Origin: Oscillospiraceae bacterium
Lineage (GTDB): Bacteria > Bacillota > Clostridia > Oscillospirales > Acutalibacteraceae
Reading direction: 5' to 3'
Length of the DNA stretch: 64,000 nucleotides
NCBI GenBank assembly: GCA_031549535.1
Contig: JAVBPP010000024.1
Coordinates: 10,180-74,179, forward strand
Position 1 is the first letter of the stretch. Each line of letters starts with the position of its first letter. A program made the translations under genes and the position numbers. Below, one piece after another: positions 34,222 to 44,266 of this stretch. A model generated the notes under the pieces. It was not told the origin of the DNA. It did not search any database and saw nothing but the letters and a program-made list of their open reading frames with translations.

Positions 34222-35865
34222 ATGTACCGCGTGCTTTACCGTAAATACCGGCCGCAGACCTTTCGCGATGTTGTCGGCCAAGCCCATGTCACCTCCACGC
34301 TGCAGCATGAGCTGGAGGCGGGCAGGCTTTCGCATGCCTATTTATTCACCGGCACACGCGGCACAGGCAAAACCACCTGCGCCAGGCTGCTTTCCCGCGC
34401 GGTAAACTGCCTCACCCCGGTGGAGGGCAACCCCTGCAATCACTGCGAAATCTGCACGGAACTGTTACAGGGCACGCTTTTGGATGTGATTGAAATTGAC
34501 GCCGCCAGCAACAGCGGCGTGGATAATATCCGTGATTTATGTGAGGAAGCGAATTTTACGCCCGTACGCGCAAAATACCGTGTGTATATTATAGATGAGG
34601 TGCACATGCTCACCACGCAGGCTTTTAACGCCCTGCTCAAAATAATGGAGGAACCGCCCGGCCATGTGATTTTTATTTTGGCCACCACTGAGGTGCATAA
34701 AATTCCGGCGACCATCCTCTCGCGCTGTCAGCGCTTTGATTTTCATCGCCTGCCCGCCCAACGCATTGCCGAGCGCCTAACAGAGGTGGCGCAACGTGAG
34801 GGCTTTGTCTTGGAGCCTCAGGCCGCGCAGCTGATAGCCCGCATTTCGGACGGTGCGCTGCGCGACGCACTTTCTCTGTTAGACCGCTGCATCTCCCAGC
34901 ATGAAACGGTTACGGCCGAAGTCGTTACCGCCTGCGCAGGGCTGACGGGGAAGGGGCATATTTTTTCACTGGCCGACAGCATTGCCGCCCGCCAAACGCA
35001 GGACGCCATCCGCAGGCTGCACAGTCTTTATGCGGACTCCTGCGACATGGAACAGCTCTGCGGTGAACTGCTTTCCCACATGCGCGATTTGATGATTATG
35101 AAAACCGTGGAACGCGCACAGGATATCTTGATTTGTACTGATACCGAATGGAAGCAGTTTCAGGAACAGGCCACGCGCTTTACCTTGGATCGTATCTTGC
35201 AATGCCTGCGTATTTTGGAAGAAACGTTGTTCTCAGTCAAGCGGGAGATGAATAAGCGTGTCCTGCTGGAGATGACACTCATCCGCCTTTGCACGCCGGA
35301 GCTGGATACGGATATCTCCGCATTAAGCGCCAGAATAAGCGCTTTAGAAGAAAAACTGCGGGACGGCATCCCCGTTACAGCGAGAATGGATTCGAAGCCT
35401 TCCGCCTCCCTTTCGGCGGAACTGCAGGAACAACCGAACAACACTCCCGAAGAAGAGGCAGAAGCCGACCCACAGGAAGAGGACGACACGCAAGAGGAAG
35501 AGGAGGAGGAAACCCCTCTCCCCGGCCAAATGGGTTTGTTTGCACAGGAGGAAACGGCTCCCGCCGGCGGAAATTTTAATTGGGAAGCGGTTTTATCCGC
35601 CCTCGCCGTTAAAAATCCTGCCCTTTACGGCCTCATTTGCGGCGTTACCGTAAGCCTGGAACAGGACGTTTGCATCATAGAAGGTTCAAATCCCAGCCTG
35701 GCGCAATTTTTAGAAATTGGCAGTAATGCACAAACGCTGCAGGACGCCATGCGTGAAAGCTGCGGCAGTGTTTACCCGGTGCAATTCCGTAACAGCCCCA
35801 AACAAGCCGCAAAAAGCAATGATCCGCTCGCGGGTTTTGCCGATAAAATTAATACATTATTCTGA
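34222..35865 (+). CDS. dnaX: DNA polymerase III subunit gamma/tau
   Basis: Track ORF starts at 34150. The ATG at 34222 gives MYRVLYRKYRPQTF. Walker A GTRGTGKTT and Zn-module Cys residues (CNHCEIC) are present. Confidence 0.95.
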   Translation: MYRVLYRKYRPQTFRDVVGQAHVTSTLQHELEAGRLSHAYLFTGTRGTGKTTCARLLSRAVNCLTPVEGNPCNHCEICTELLQGTLLDVIEIDAASNSGVDNIRDLCEEANFTPVRAKYRVYIIDEVHMLTTQAFNALLKIMEEPPGHVIFILATTEVHKIPATILSRCQRFDFHRLPAQRIAERLTEVAQREGFVLEPQAAQLIARISDGALRDALSLLDRCISQHETVTAEVVTACAGLTGKGHIFSLADSIAARQTQDAIRRLHSLYADSCDMEQLCGELLSHMRDLMIMKTVERAQDILICTDTEWKQFQEQATRFTLDRILQCLRILEETLFSVKREMNKRVLLEMTLIRLCTPELDTDISALSARISALEEKLRDGIPVTARMDSKPSASLSAELQEQPNNTPEEEAEADPQEEDDTQEEEEEETPLPGQMGLFAQEETAPAGGNFNWEAVLSALAVKNPALYGLICGVTVSLEQDVCIIEGSNPSLAQFLEIGSNAQTLQDAMRESCGSVYPVQFRNSPKQAAKSNDPLAGFADKINTLF

Positions 35866-35882
35866 AAGGACTTTAATAGGAT

Positions 35883-36230
35883 ATGAAAGCCAGAATACCG
35901 AATGGGGGCGGCAACAGCCGTCAGGACATGCTGAAAAACCTTCAAAAAATGCAGGAAGACATGGCACGCGTGCAAGAGGAAGTGGAAAACAGCGAGTTTT
36001 CCTCTTCTGCCGGCGGCGGCGCTGTGACCGTTACGGTCAACGGCAGGCATGAAATTCTTTCCGTTCAGCTGCAACCGGAAATTGTTGACCCGGAGGATAT
36101 TGAGATGCTGCAGGATTTGCTGCTTGCCGCAGCAAATGAGAGCCTGCGCAAGGCGGGCGAAGCCATGGAAAAGGCCATGGAACCCATGCAGAACGCAATG
36201 AATATCCCGGGCATGCAGGGGCTGTTTTAA
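35883..36230 (+). CDS. ybaB: YbaB/EbfC nucleoid-associated protein
   Basis: 115 aa. The MLKNLQKMQEDMARVQEE pattern is typical. Lies in the conserved dnaX-ybaB-recR order. Confidence 0.9.
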   Translation: MKARIPNGGGNSRQDMLKNLQKMQEDMARVQEEVENSEFSSSAGGGAVTVTVNGRHEILSVQLQPEIVDPEDIEMLQDLLLAAANESLRKAGEAMEKAMEPMQNAMNIPGMQGLF

Positions 36231-36829
36231 TGGCGAACCCTGTTGCGCCGCTTGCGCGATTAATTGAACAATTCGAGCGCCTGCCCGGCATCGGCCACAA
36301 AAGCGCCCAGCGCTTAGCTTTATATTTATTAAACAGGCCTGCACAGGAACTGGAGGCCTTTGCCGAAACCCTGCTGCTTGCGCAGAAAAGCATTCGCCGC
36401 TGTACCCAGTGCTGCGATTTGACAGACAGCGAGCTGTGCCGTATTTGCGCCTCTCCCTCGCGCGACAAGAGCATGCTTTGTGTGGTGGAGGATTCACGCG
36501 ATGTGATGGCGATAGAGCGCACCCAGGAATACGCGGGGCTGTATCATGTTCTGCATGGTGTTATTTCCCCCATCAACGGTGTTAATCCGGAGGATTTGAC
36601 CATAAAAGAGTTGCTGCACCGCCTGCAGGATGAGGGCATTACTGAAATTATTATGGCCACAAACCCTACAGTGGAGGGGGAGGCCACCGCAATGTACCTT
36701 TCCCGTCTGATTAAGCCAATTGGGGTAAAAGTGACACGCCTCGCCTATGGCATCCCTGTGGGCGCCACGCTGGAATTTGCAGACGAAGTGACACTGCTGC
36801 GCGCTATTGAGGGCAGAAAAGAACTGTAG
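36230..36829 (+). CDS. recR: recombination protein RecR
   Basis: LPGIGHKSAQRLA helix-hairpin-helix, a C4 zinc finger (CTQC...CRIC) and a Toprim region. Confidence 0.95.
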   Translation: MANPVAPLARLIEQFERLPGIGHKSAQRLALYLLNRPAQELEAFAETLLLAQKSIRRCTQCCDLTDSELCRICASPSRDKSMLCVVEDSRDVMAIERTQEYAGLYHVLHGVISPINGVNPEDLTIKELLHRLQDEGITEIIMATNPTVEGEATAMYLSRLIKPIGVKVTRLAYGIPVGATLEFADEVTLLRAIEGRKEL

Positions 36830-36847
36830 TTTAATTTTTAGGAAAAG

Positions 36848-37046
36848 TTTTCCATAAAGTTGTTCTTTTTCCACCTATGGTTTTCCACAGTTTCCTTTTT
36901 CACTATTTTTCCACCGGAAAAATTCCCCATTTTTTCCCCTGTCTCTAAACAGTTTCACGCTGCTTTTTTCCAATTATGACAAGCACTTGCAGTGTTTTCC
37001 ACCGTTTCCACCGCCCCTACTACTACTACTAAATAAATCTAATACC
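36848..37046 (+). other. oriC-like module: DnaA-box cluster, GC spacer, (CTA)5 DnaA-trio-like tract and an AT-rich stretch
   Basis: Seven co-oriented TT(T/A)TCCA(C/A/T)N boxes lie at 36848, 36867, 36881 (TTTTCCACA), 36907, 36966, 36995 and 37004. They are followed by GCCCC, then CTA x5 at 37017-37031 (the bottom strand reads 3'-GAT-5' x5), then AATAAATCTAATA. Confidence 0.6.
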
Positions 37047-37108
37047 CGCTATGCAATAAGAGCGCAAACATTGCAAGAATCAGTTTTCACCGGAAAGGAT
37101 TTGACAAG

Positions 37109-38215
37109 ATGAAAATCATTTGCGACACCCAGCTTCTGTCCGAAGCCTGCCAGAATGTACAGCGTGCCGTTACACAAAAAACCACGATTCCGGCGCTGGA
37201 ATGTATTCTGTTACGCACGGGAGAAAATTCTGTTGCACTTACCGGCTATGATTTGGATGTCGGTATTCAAACCAGTATCGAAGCTAAAGTGGGGCAGGAG
37301 GGCGCGATTGCGCTGAATTCCCGCGTATTGTGCGACATTCTGCGCAAGCTGCCGGGCGATACTGTGGTAATTGAATCTGATTTTCGCTATCTTGCTAAAA
37401 TACAGAGCGCTGAGGCAGAGTATTCCCTCATCGGCATTTCACCGGAGGAGTTTCCGGAGCTTCCCAGTGTGACAGGTGGCTATCCCATCGTGCTTGCACA
37501 GGGTATTGTAAAGGAAATGGTGCGGCAAACCATTTTTGCCGTCGCGGTGAAGGATAGTAAAATTATACATACCGGCATTAAATTTGAAATTCAGGACGGG
37601 GAAATTCGCCTGGTTGCCGTAGACGGTGTGCGCCTTGCCCTGCGTAAGGAAAAAATTGAGTACGATGGGGAGGAACTCTCCTTTGTTGTGCCGTCCAAAA
37701 CGCTTTCTGAAGTGGTGAAACTCATGGATGATGATGATGCGTTTGTTTCCATGAGTGTGGGAAAAAGGCACATTGTGTTTGATATTTCCGGTTATAATGT
37801 AGTATCCCGCTTATTGGACGGAGAGTTTTTAAACTACCGCGCGAGCATTCCGCAGGTGCACGCAACAAGCGTGCAGGTGAATACTCGCCAGTTTATTGAG
37901 AGCATTGACCGCACCTCGCTGATTATCACAGATAAACTGAAGAGCCCCGTAAAATGTAATTTTTCACAGGATTCCATTTATATTTCATCCGTGACAGCCC
38001 TGGGTACCGCGAGCGATAAAATCGGCGCGCAAATCAAGGGAGACAGTGTGGAAATTGGTTTCAATAACAAGTATTTGGTGGAGGCGCTGCGTGTATGTGA
38101 CTCTGACGAGGTGCGTTTGGAATTAAACGGCCCCGTTGCGCCGATACTCATTCTTCCCGTGGAGGGCGACGACTTTCTGTTTTTGGTATTACCTGTGCGA
38201 TTGAAGGCTGATTAA
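37109..38215 (+). CDS. dnaN: DNA polymerase III beta subunit (sliding clamp)
   Basis: 368 aa. The MKIICDTQLLSEACQNVQRAV N-terminus and three-domain clamp length fit, as does synteny with yaaA-recF. Confidence 0.95.
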   Translation: MKIICDTQLLSEACQNVQRAVTQKTTIPALECILLRTGENSVALTGYDLDVGIQTSIEAKVGQEGAIALNSRVLCDILRKLPGDTVVIESDFRYLAKIQSAEAEYSLIGISPEEFPELPSVTGGYPIVLAQGIVKEMVRQTIFAVAVKDSKIIHTGIKFEIQDGEIRLVAVDGVRLALRKEKIEYDGEELSFVVPSKTLSEVVKLMDDDDAFVSMSVGKRHIVFDISGYNVVSRLLDGEFLNYRASIPQVHATSVQVNTRQFIESIDRTSLIITDKLKSPVKCNFSQDSIYISSVTALGTASDKIGAQIKGDSVEIGFNNKYLVEALRVCDSDEVRLELNGPVAPILILPVEGDDFLFLVLPVRLKAD

Positions 38216-38218
38216 GTT

Positions 38219-38488
38219 ATGGATGAAAAGAAAAAAATTAAAGTCCGTGTTGTACCGAGGCAGGAAATTCCGATTTCGATTACTACTGATTTCATTCGCT
38301 TAGATGCCTTCCTCAAGCTTTGTAATGCCGTGGAAAGCGGAGGGCATGCAAAGGAGGTCATTCAAGCGGGAGAAGTTCTGGTCAACGGAGAAGTTTGCCT
38401 GCAACGGGGCAGAAAGCTGCGCGGGAATGACCGGGCACAATTTGGAAGAGATATTTTTGTGGTAGTATATGACAATATTGGAACATGA
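38219..38488 (+). CDS. yaaA: S4-domain RNA-binding protein YaaA
   Basis: 89 aa with an S4-like fold sequence (IRLDAFLKL ... VLVNGEV). Lies in the conserved position between dnaN and recF. Confidence 0.8.
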   Translation: MDEKKKIKVRVVPRQEIPISITTDFIRLDAFLKLCNAVESGGHAKEVIQAGEVLVNGEVCLQRGRKLRGNDRAQFGRDIFVVVYDNIGT

Positions 38489-39560
38489 AATCAACCACTT
38501 TCGCAATATAACACACATCCGTTTTTGTCCGGAGAGCGGCATTAACATGCTCTACGGTAGCAACGGGCAGGGAAAAACAAATATATTGGAAAGCCTTTGG
38601 CTGTATACCGGCTGCCACAGTTTTCGCACAAAAAAAACTGCGGAGCTGATTCAGCAGGGCGCGCGTTTTGCCCAAACCTCGCTGCGTTTTTTCGCGGCGG
38701 AGCGGGAGCAGGACGCGCAAATGAAACTGCACCAAAAGCGTGAGGTGCTGCTTAACGGCGTTGCCAAGGCCAGCCCCCGGCAACTGCTTGGCGAGGTTCA
38801 GGCAGTTGTTTTTTCGCCGGAGGTGCTGAGTATTGTGAAAGAAGGTCCCGCGCAGCGCAGGCGCTTTTTGGATGTGGCAATCAGTGTTGTTCGGCCGCAA
38901 TATGCCCATATTTTAGCAAAATACGGTAAGGCGTTGGATCAGCGTAATAACCTGCTGCGGCAGATTGCGCAGGGTAAAACGAAGGAAGAGTATCTGGAAC
39001 CTTGGGATGAGGAGCTTTCGCTCCTTGGAGCGAGGATAATAGAATACCGTAGGAACTATATCACACCCCTTACTCTCGCCTGTGAAAGTGTCTATGCCAA
39101 AATAACGCAGGGGAAGGAAGCACTCTCTCTTTCTTATCTGTGCAGCGCTGCGCAGGAAGTAACGGACCGGGCGGAGCTGGCCGCCGTGCTGTTTGGCTTG
39201 ATGTGGGAGAACAGAGCCTTGGATATCAGGCGGCTTTATACAACGGCAGGTATTCATAAAGAGGACTTAGAGCTGTTGATAGATGGGAGCCCCGCACGGG
39301 CTTTCGGATCCCAGGGGCAGCAGCGTTCCTGTGCGCTGGCGTTAAAAATTGCGGAGGCACAAATGCTTTTTGCCCTCTCCGGTGAAAAGCCTGTAGTTTT
39401 GTTGGACGATGTGATGAGTGAGCTGGATGAAAACCGCCAGCGGGATTTGCTGCTCTGCTTAGAGGATTGGCAGGTGTTTGTCACCTGCTGTGAACCGTCC
39501 CAGGTATTGCGGCAGAAAACCGCAAAGGCATTTGTGGTCAATCAAGGGAATTTGGTATAA
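38469..39560 (+). CDS. recF: DNA replication/repair protein RecF
   Basis: Walker A GSNGQGKTN, signature-like GSQGQQRS and Walker B VLLLDDVMSELD. Confidence 0.92.
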   Translation: MTILEHEINHFRNITHIRFCPESGINMLYGSNGQGKTNILESLWLYTGCHSFRTKKTAELIQQGARFAQTSLRFFAAEREQDAQMKLHQKREVLLNGVAKASPRQLLGEVQAVVFSPEVLSIVKEGPAQRRRFLDVAISVVRPQYAHILAKYGKALDQRNNLLRQIAQGKTKEEYLEPWDEELSLLGARIIEYRRNYITPLTLACESVYAKITQGKEALSLSYLCSAAQEVTDRAELAAVLFGLMWENRALDIRRLYTTAGIHKEDLELLIDGSPARAFGSQGQQRSCALALKIAEAQMLFALSGEKPVVLLDDVMSELDENRQRDLLLCLEDWQVFVTCCEPSQVLRQKTAKAFVVNQGNLV

Positions 39561-39575
39561 GGATGGGGGAAGCGC

Positions 39576-39836
39576 ATGTATCTGTATCTCGGGCAGGAAA
39601 CCATTATTCCTCAGGAAGAAATCATAGGCGTATTTGACTTGGACACCACCACGGTCTCAAAAGTGAGCAGGGACTTTTTGCGTTTTGCCCAGCAGGCGGG
39701 GGAAGTCATCAACGTCAGTATGGAATTGCCGAAATCCTTTATTCTGCGCGGGGATAACAAAAAAAGGCAGGTGTATATTTCCCAGATATCCACCACAACG
39801 CTGCTGAAGCGCATGGATTACCTGTCCGGCCTGTAA
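39576..39836 (+). CDS. remB: DUF370 / RemB-like small protein
   Basis: 86 aa in the conserved position between recF and gyrB. Resembles the RemA/RemB family. Confidence 0.65.
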   Translation: MYLYLGQETIIPQEEIIGVFDLDTTTVSKVSRDFLRFAQQAGEVINVSMELPKSFILRGDNKKRQVYISQISTTTLLKRMDYLSGL

Positions 39837-39849
39837 TGCCATGTATAAG

Positions 39850-41232
39850 CTATTTTGTCAAGGTACCGTTATCGCTCTGCAGCAACAGCAGAATGTCCGC
39901 CTGTTTGCCCGTTGTACAATCGATATAAAGCAAATACGTTTCCTGTTCTCTTGTGCACAAAAATTCGTAGCACAGGAGCTCTTTTTTATTTTTTGGGATA
40001 ACAGCCATGCCCCTGTAAGTTACCGCCATGTCTTTTTGTAAGCCGTCCTGCGCTTGCTGCTGCGTTATCTGCACGGCAGGAAGTTCACGCGTATGGTGGT
40101 TCTGCAAATAGGCGCTGCTGTCCAAGCCTACAATGGTTCCGCCTGTTAGGGAAACACTGACTTTGATTTGATCTGCATAACAGCGCGCGTCATCCTGCCT
40201 GGAAAGAAATTGAATTACACAAACGCCGTCCGCAATGTGATAATATCCAGCCTCCATCTGTGAAAAACGCTGTTCCTCCAAGCATGTTTTTGCCTTTTCT
40301 ATGGCGTCCTCCGGGGTGAACAGGCTTTCCCCCGCAAAGGCCGCGCTGAGCAGCGTGATGGGGTAACCGCCCTGTTTGCTAATGCTTACATATTGGTTTT
40401 GATAATAAAAACGAAAGCAGGGGATGGGCGCTTCGTCCTCGCCCTCATAGCGCAGGTATACCGGCTCAATGCCGAGCAGGGCCGCCGCGCGGTCGGCCGC
40501 TTCACTGCGCGGTAATTCTTCTTTCTGCGCAAGAAAGCGGTTTTCTTTCTCTGTCTGCTCCGTTGAGAACGGGCCGTCATAGACCAAAACGGGAAAATCT
40601 GTGAAGCGCTCCGGAACCGTTTGCAACTCTGCTGTCAGCAACGCCTCCCGCTGTATGTCATTCAGTTTTTCACCCGCCCGCTCCGGTGTAATCCGCTCGT
40701 TGAGCAAATCTCCCGTTAGGGTATCCAGCTGCTGTGAGAGGGTCTGTGCCCAAGTTGCGAGGGTCAGCAGGGTGCTTCGCTCTCCGGCGGTGATTTCCGC
40801 CCCGGAAGAGAGCTTTTTTTGCAGATATAAAACAAAGTCACCGGTCTGGCGGAAAAAACGGTAAATCGGCCGATAGCTTGCACCGTCTCCGGGCAGGGCG
40901 TCCAGGCTCTGCTGCGCGCAGGAGCTGTTTTCCAACGCGGCGGCCAGCTGCTCCGAAAACAGGGTGGGCTGGGTCACCGCCGCGGCCTTTTGTAACACAG
41001 GGAACAGGGCGGCTGTGTGCTCACCCAACTGCAGCATGGTTCGAAGGCGCCCGGCGGCATGGGCTTCCTGATAATAGGCGCGTGAATGCAGGGTGGTAAG
41101 CGTAACGATTCCTAATACGCTTAAGGCGGCTAAAAAAAAGGAAAGCAGGCGAATCAAAGGTCTGCGCCGCTGAAAAACAGGCATAAAAAGTCTCCTTTCT
41201 GTCGAAGCGTTGCAAAATTTAGTATCCTGCAT
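39850..41232 (-). CDS. ypeB: germination protein YpeB-like (PepSY domains, N-terminal membrane anchor)
   Basis: The C-terminus ELLCYEFLCTREQETYLLYIDCTTGKQ closely resembles the YpeB C-terminal PepSY motif. TM anchor LLSFFLAALSVLGIVTL is present. The start may be the ATG at 41184. Confidence 0.7.
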   Translation of the reverse strand: MQDTKFCNASTERRLFMPVFQRRRPLIRLLSFFLAALSVLGIVTLTTLHSRAYYQEAHAAGRLRTMLQLGEHTAALFPVLQKAAAVTQPTLFSEQLAAALENSSCAQQSLDALPGDGASYRPIYRFFRQTGDFVLYLQKKLSSGAEITAGERSTLLTLATWAQTLSQQLDTLTGDLLNERITPERAGEKLNDIQREALLTAELQTVPERFTDFPVLVYDGPFSTEQTEKENRFLAQKEELPRSEAADRAAALLGIEPVYLRYEGEDEAPIPCFRFYYQNQYVSISKQGGYPITLLSAAFAGESLFTPEDAIEKAKTCLEEQRFSQMEAGYYHIADGVCVIQFLSRQDDARCYADQIKVSVSLTGGTIVGLDSSAYLQNHHTRELPAVQITQQQAQDGLQKDMAVTYRGMAVIPKNKKELLCYEFLCTREQETYLLYIDCTTGKQADILLLLQSDNGTLTK

Positions 41233-41291
41233 AATGCCGCGGCTATTCTGCTTTTGCGCACGAAAAGAAATGGAAAAACCAAAGAAAAACC

Positions 41292-41320
41292 TTGTTTTAG
41301 AAGCAATTTTATGCTATAAT
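41292..41320 (+). promoter_or_regulatory. sigma-70-like promoter for the 41363 gene
   Basis: TTGTTT (41292-41297), a 17-nt spacer, then TATAAT (41315-41320). Confidence 0.45.
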
Positions 41321-41362
41321 CAATGGAATGGATTTTGACAGTGGAAAGGTTTGGAAAAAAAC

Positions 41363-42259
41363 ATGGCAGATAAAAACAGCTTATTGGCTGAGGTCTTGGT
41401 TGGCATGGTAGAAACCACGAAAAACTGCGGGTTTACAGTCTTGTTGCCACATGGCGTGAGCAAAACAGAATTGCCCCTGTTTGAGTTAAACGGGCGCAGT
41501 GTTTTGGAGTTCCGTGGGGAGAACAAGGCTCTGCGTGTGGAACAGTTCGACGATAAAATTTATCTTATGTGCGCCCGGCGCGAGGGCGGGCAGGAGGAAG
41601 AGCGGGAGTTCGCGGACGCGGATTTTTCCCAACTTTTAGTTTCCCTGTTTGACAGCGCTACGATGGAGAGCAAGGACGCGCGTTATATCGCCAACGAATT
41701 TTCGGAGGCGGTGGAGGACTACTTCGGCGCGAACGCAAAAAAGGAGAAAAAGCTGCCCCAAACCGTTTCCAAGGCGGCGGCCAAGAGCGGTGCGCTTTCT
41801 TACGACGCGAACACCCTGGCGAATCGCCTTTCGGTCATGTATCCGGAGCTGCGCGAGCCTTATAAGCAAAATGTGCAGCAATACGGCGATTTTCTGCCGG
41901 AGGAATTTTTTCAAAAATACGGCAACAAGCCCATCTTGGAAACCATACGCGGGAATGACGCGCAAAAAATGCGCAAGCTGTTCAACCTGCTGAATGAAAT
42001 TTATGAGGACGGCACCAACGAAATTCAGAGCATCATTGCCGTAACCGTTTTGAGTGAATTGCAGAACGACCAGGAGCTGCTGGCCAACTGCGTGGACTAT
42101 ATGTGCGCGGATATGATTACACCCGTTGTGCAGGTGAATAAATATCTGCACAGCCCCTCCGGCAAGGGCGCACGCATGCGCATGGCGACTCCGCCAAAAT
42201 ATAAGCCGAAAAAAGAAAAGAAGAAGAGTGGTCTACTCTCCTCTCTGGGGCTGCAATAA
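41363..42259 (+). CDS. hypothetical protein with a Lys-rich C-terminal tail
   Basis: Track ORF 41351..42259 has a TTG start; the ATG at 41363 is more plausible. Coding-like composition. No recognisable motif. Confidence 0.5.
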   Translation: MADKNSLLAEVLVGMVETTKNCGFTVLLPHGVSKTELPLFELNGRSVLEFRGENKALRVEQFDDKIYLMCARREGGQEEEREFADADFSQLLVSLFDSATMESKDARYIANEFSEAVEDYFGANAKKEKKLPQTVSKAAAKSGALSYDANTLANRLSVMYPELREPYKQNVQQYGDFLPEEFFQKYGNKPILETIRGNDAQKMRKLFNLLNEIYEDGTNEIQSIIAVTVLSELQNDQELLANCVDYMCADMITPVVQVNKYLHSPSGKGARMRMATPPKYKPKKEKKKSGLLSSLGLQ

Positions 42260-44245
<1,986 letters not shown>

Positions 44246-44266
44246 TGCGGAAAGGCAGGATATATT

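Noticed and set aside
35340-35530. A highly acidic, repetitive stretch in dnaX (EEEAEADPQEEDDTQEEEEEE), and the possibility of a programmed frameshift site producing the gamma subunit.
   Set aside because: Low-complexity acidic linkers are common in tau. I found no A-AAA-AAG-type slippery heptamer with a downstream hairpin. The overlapping small ORFs there are composition artefacts.
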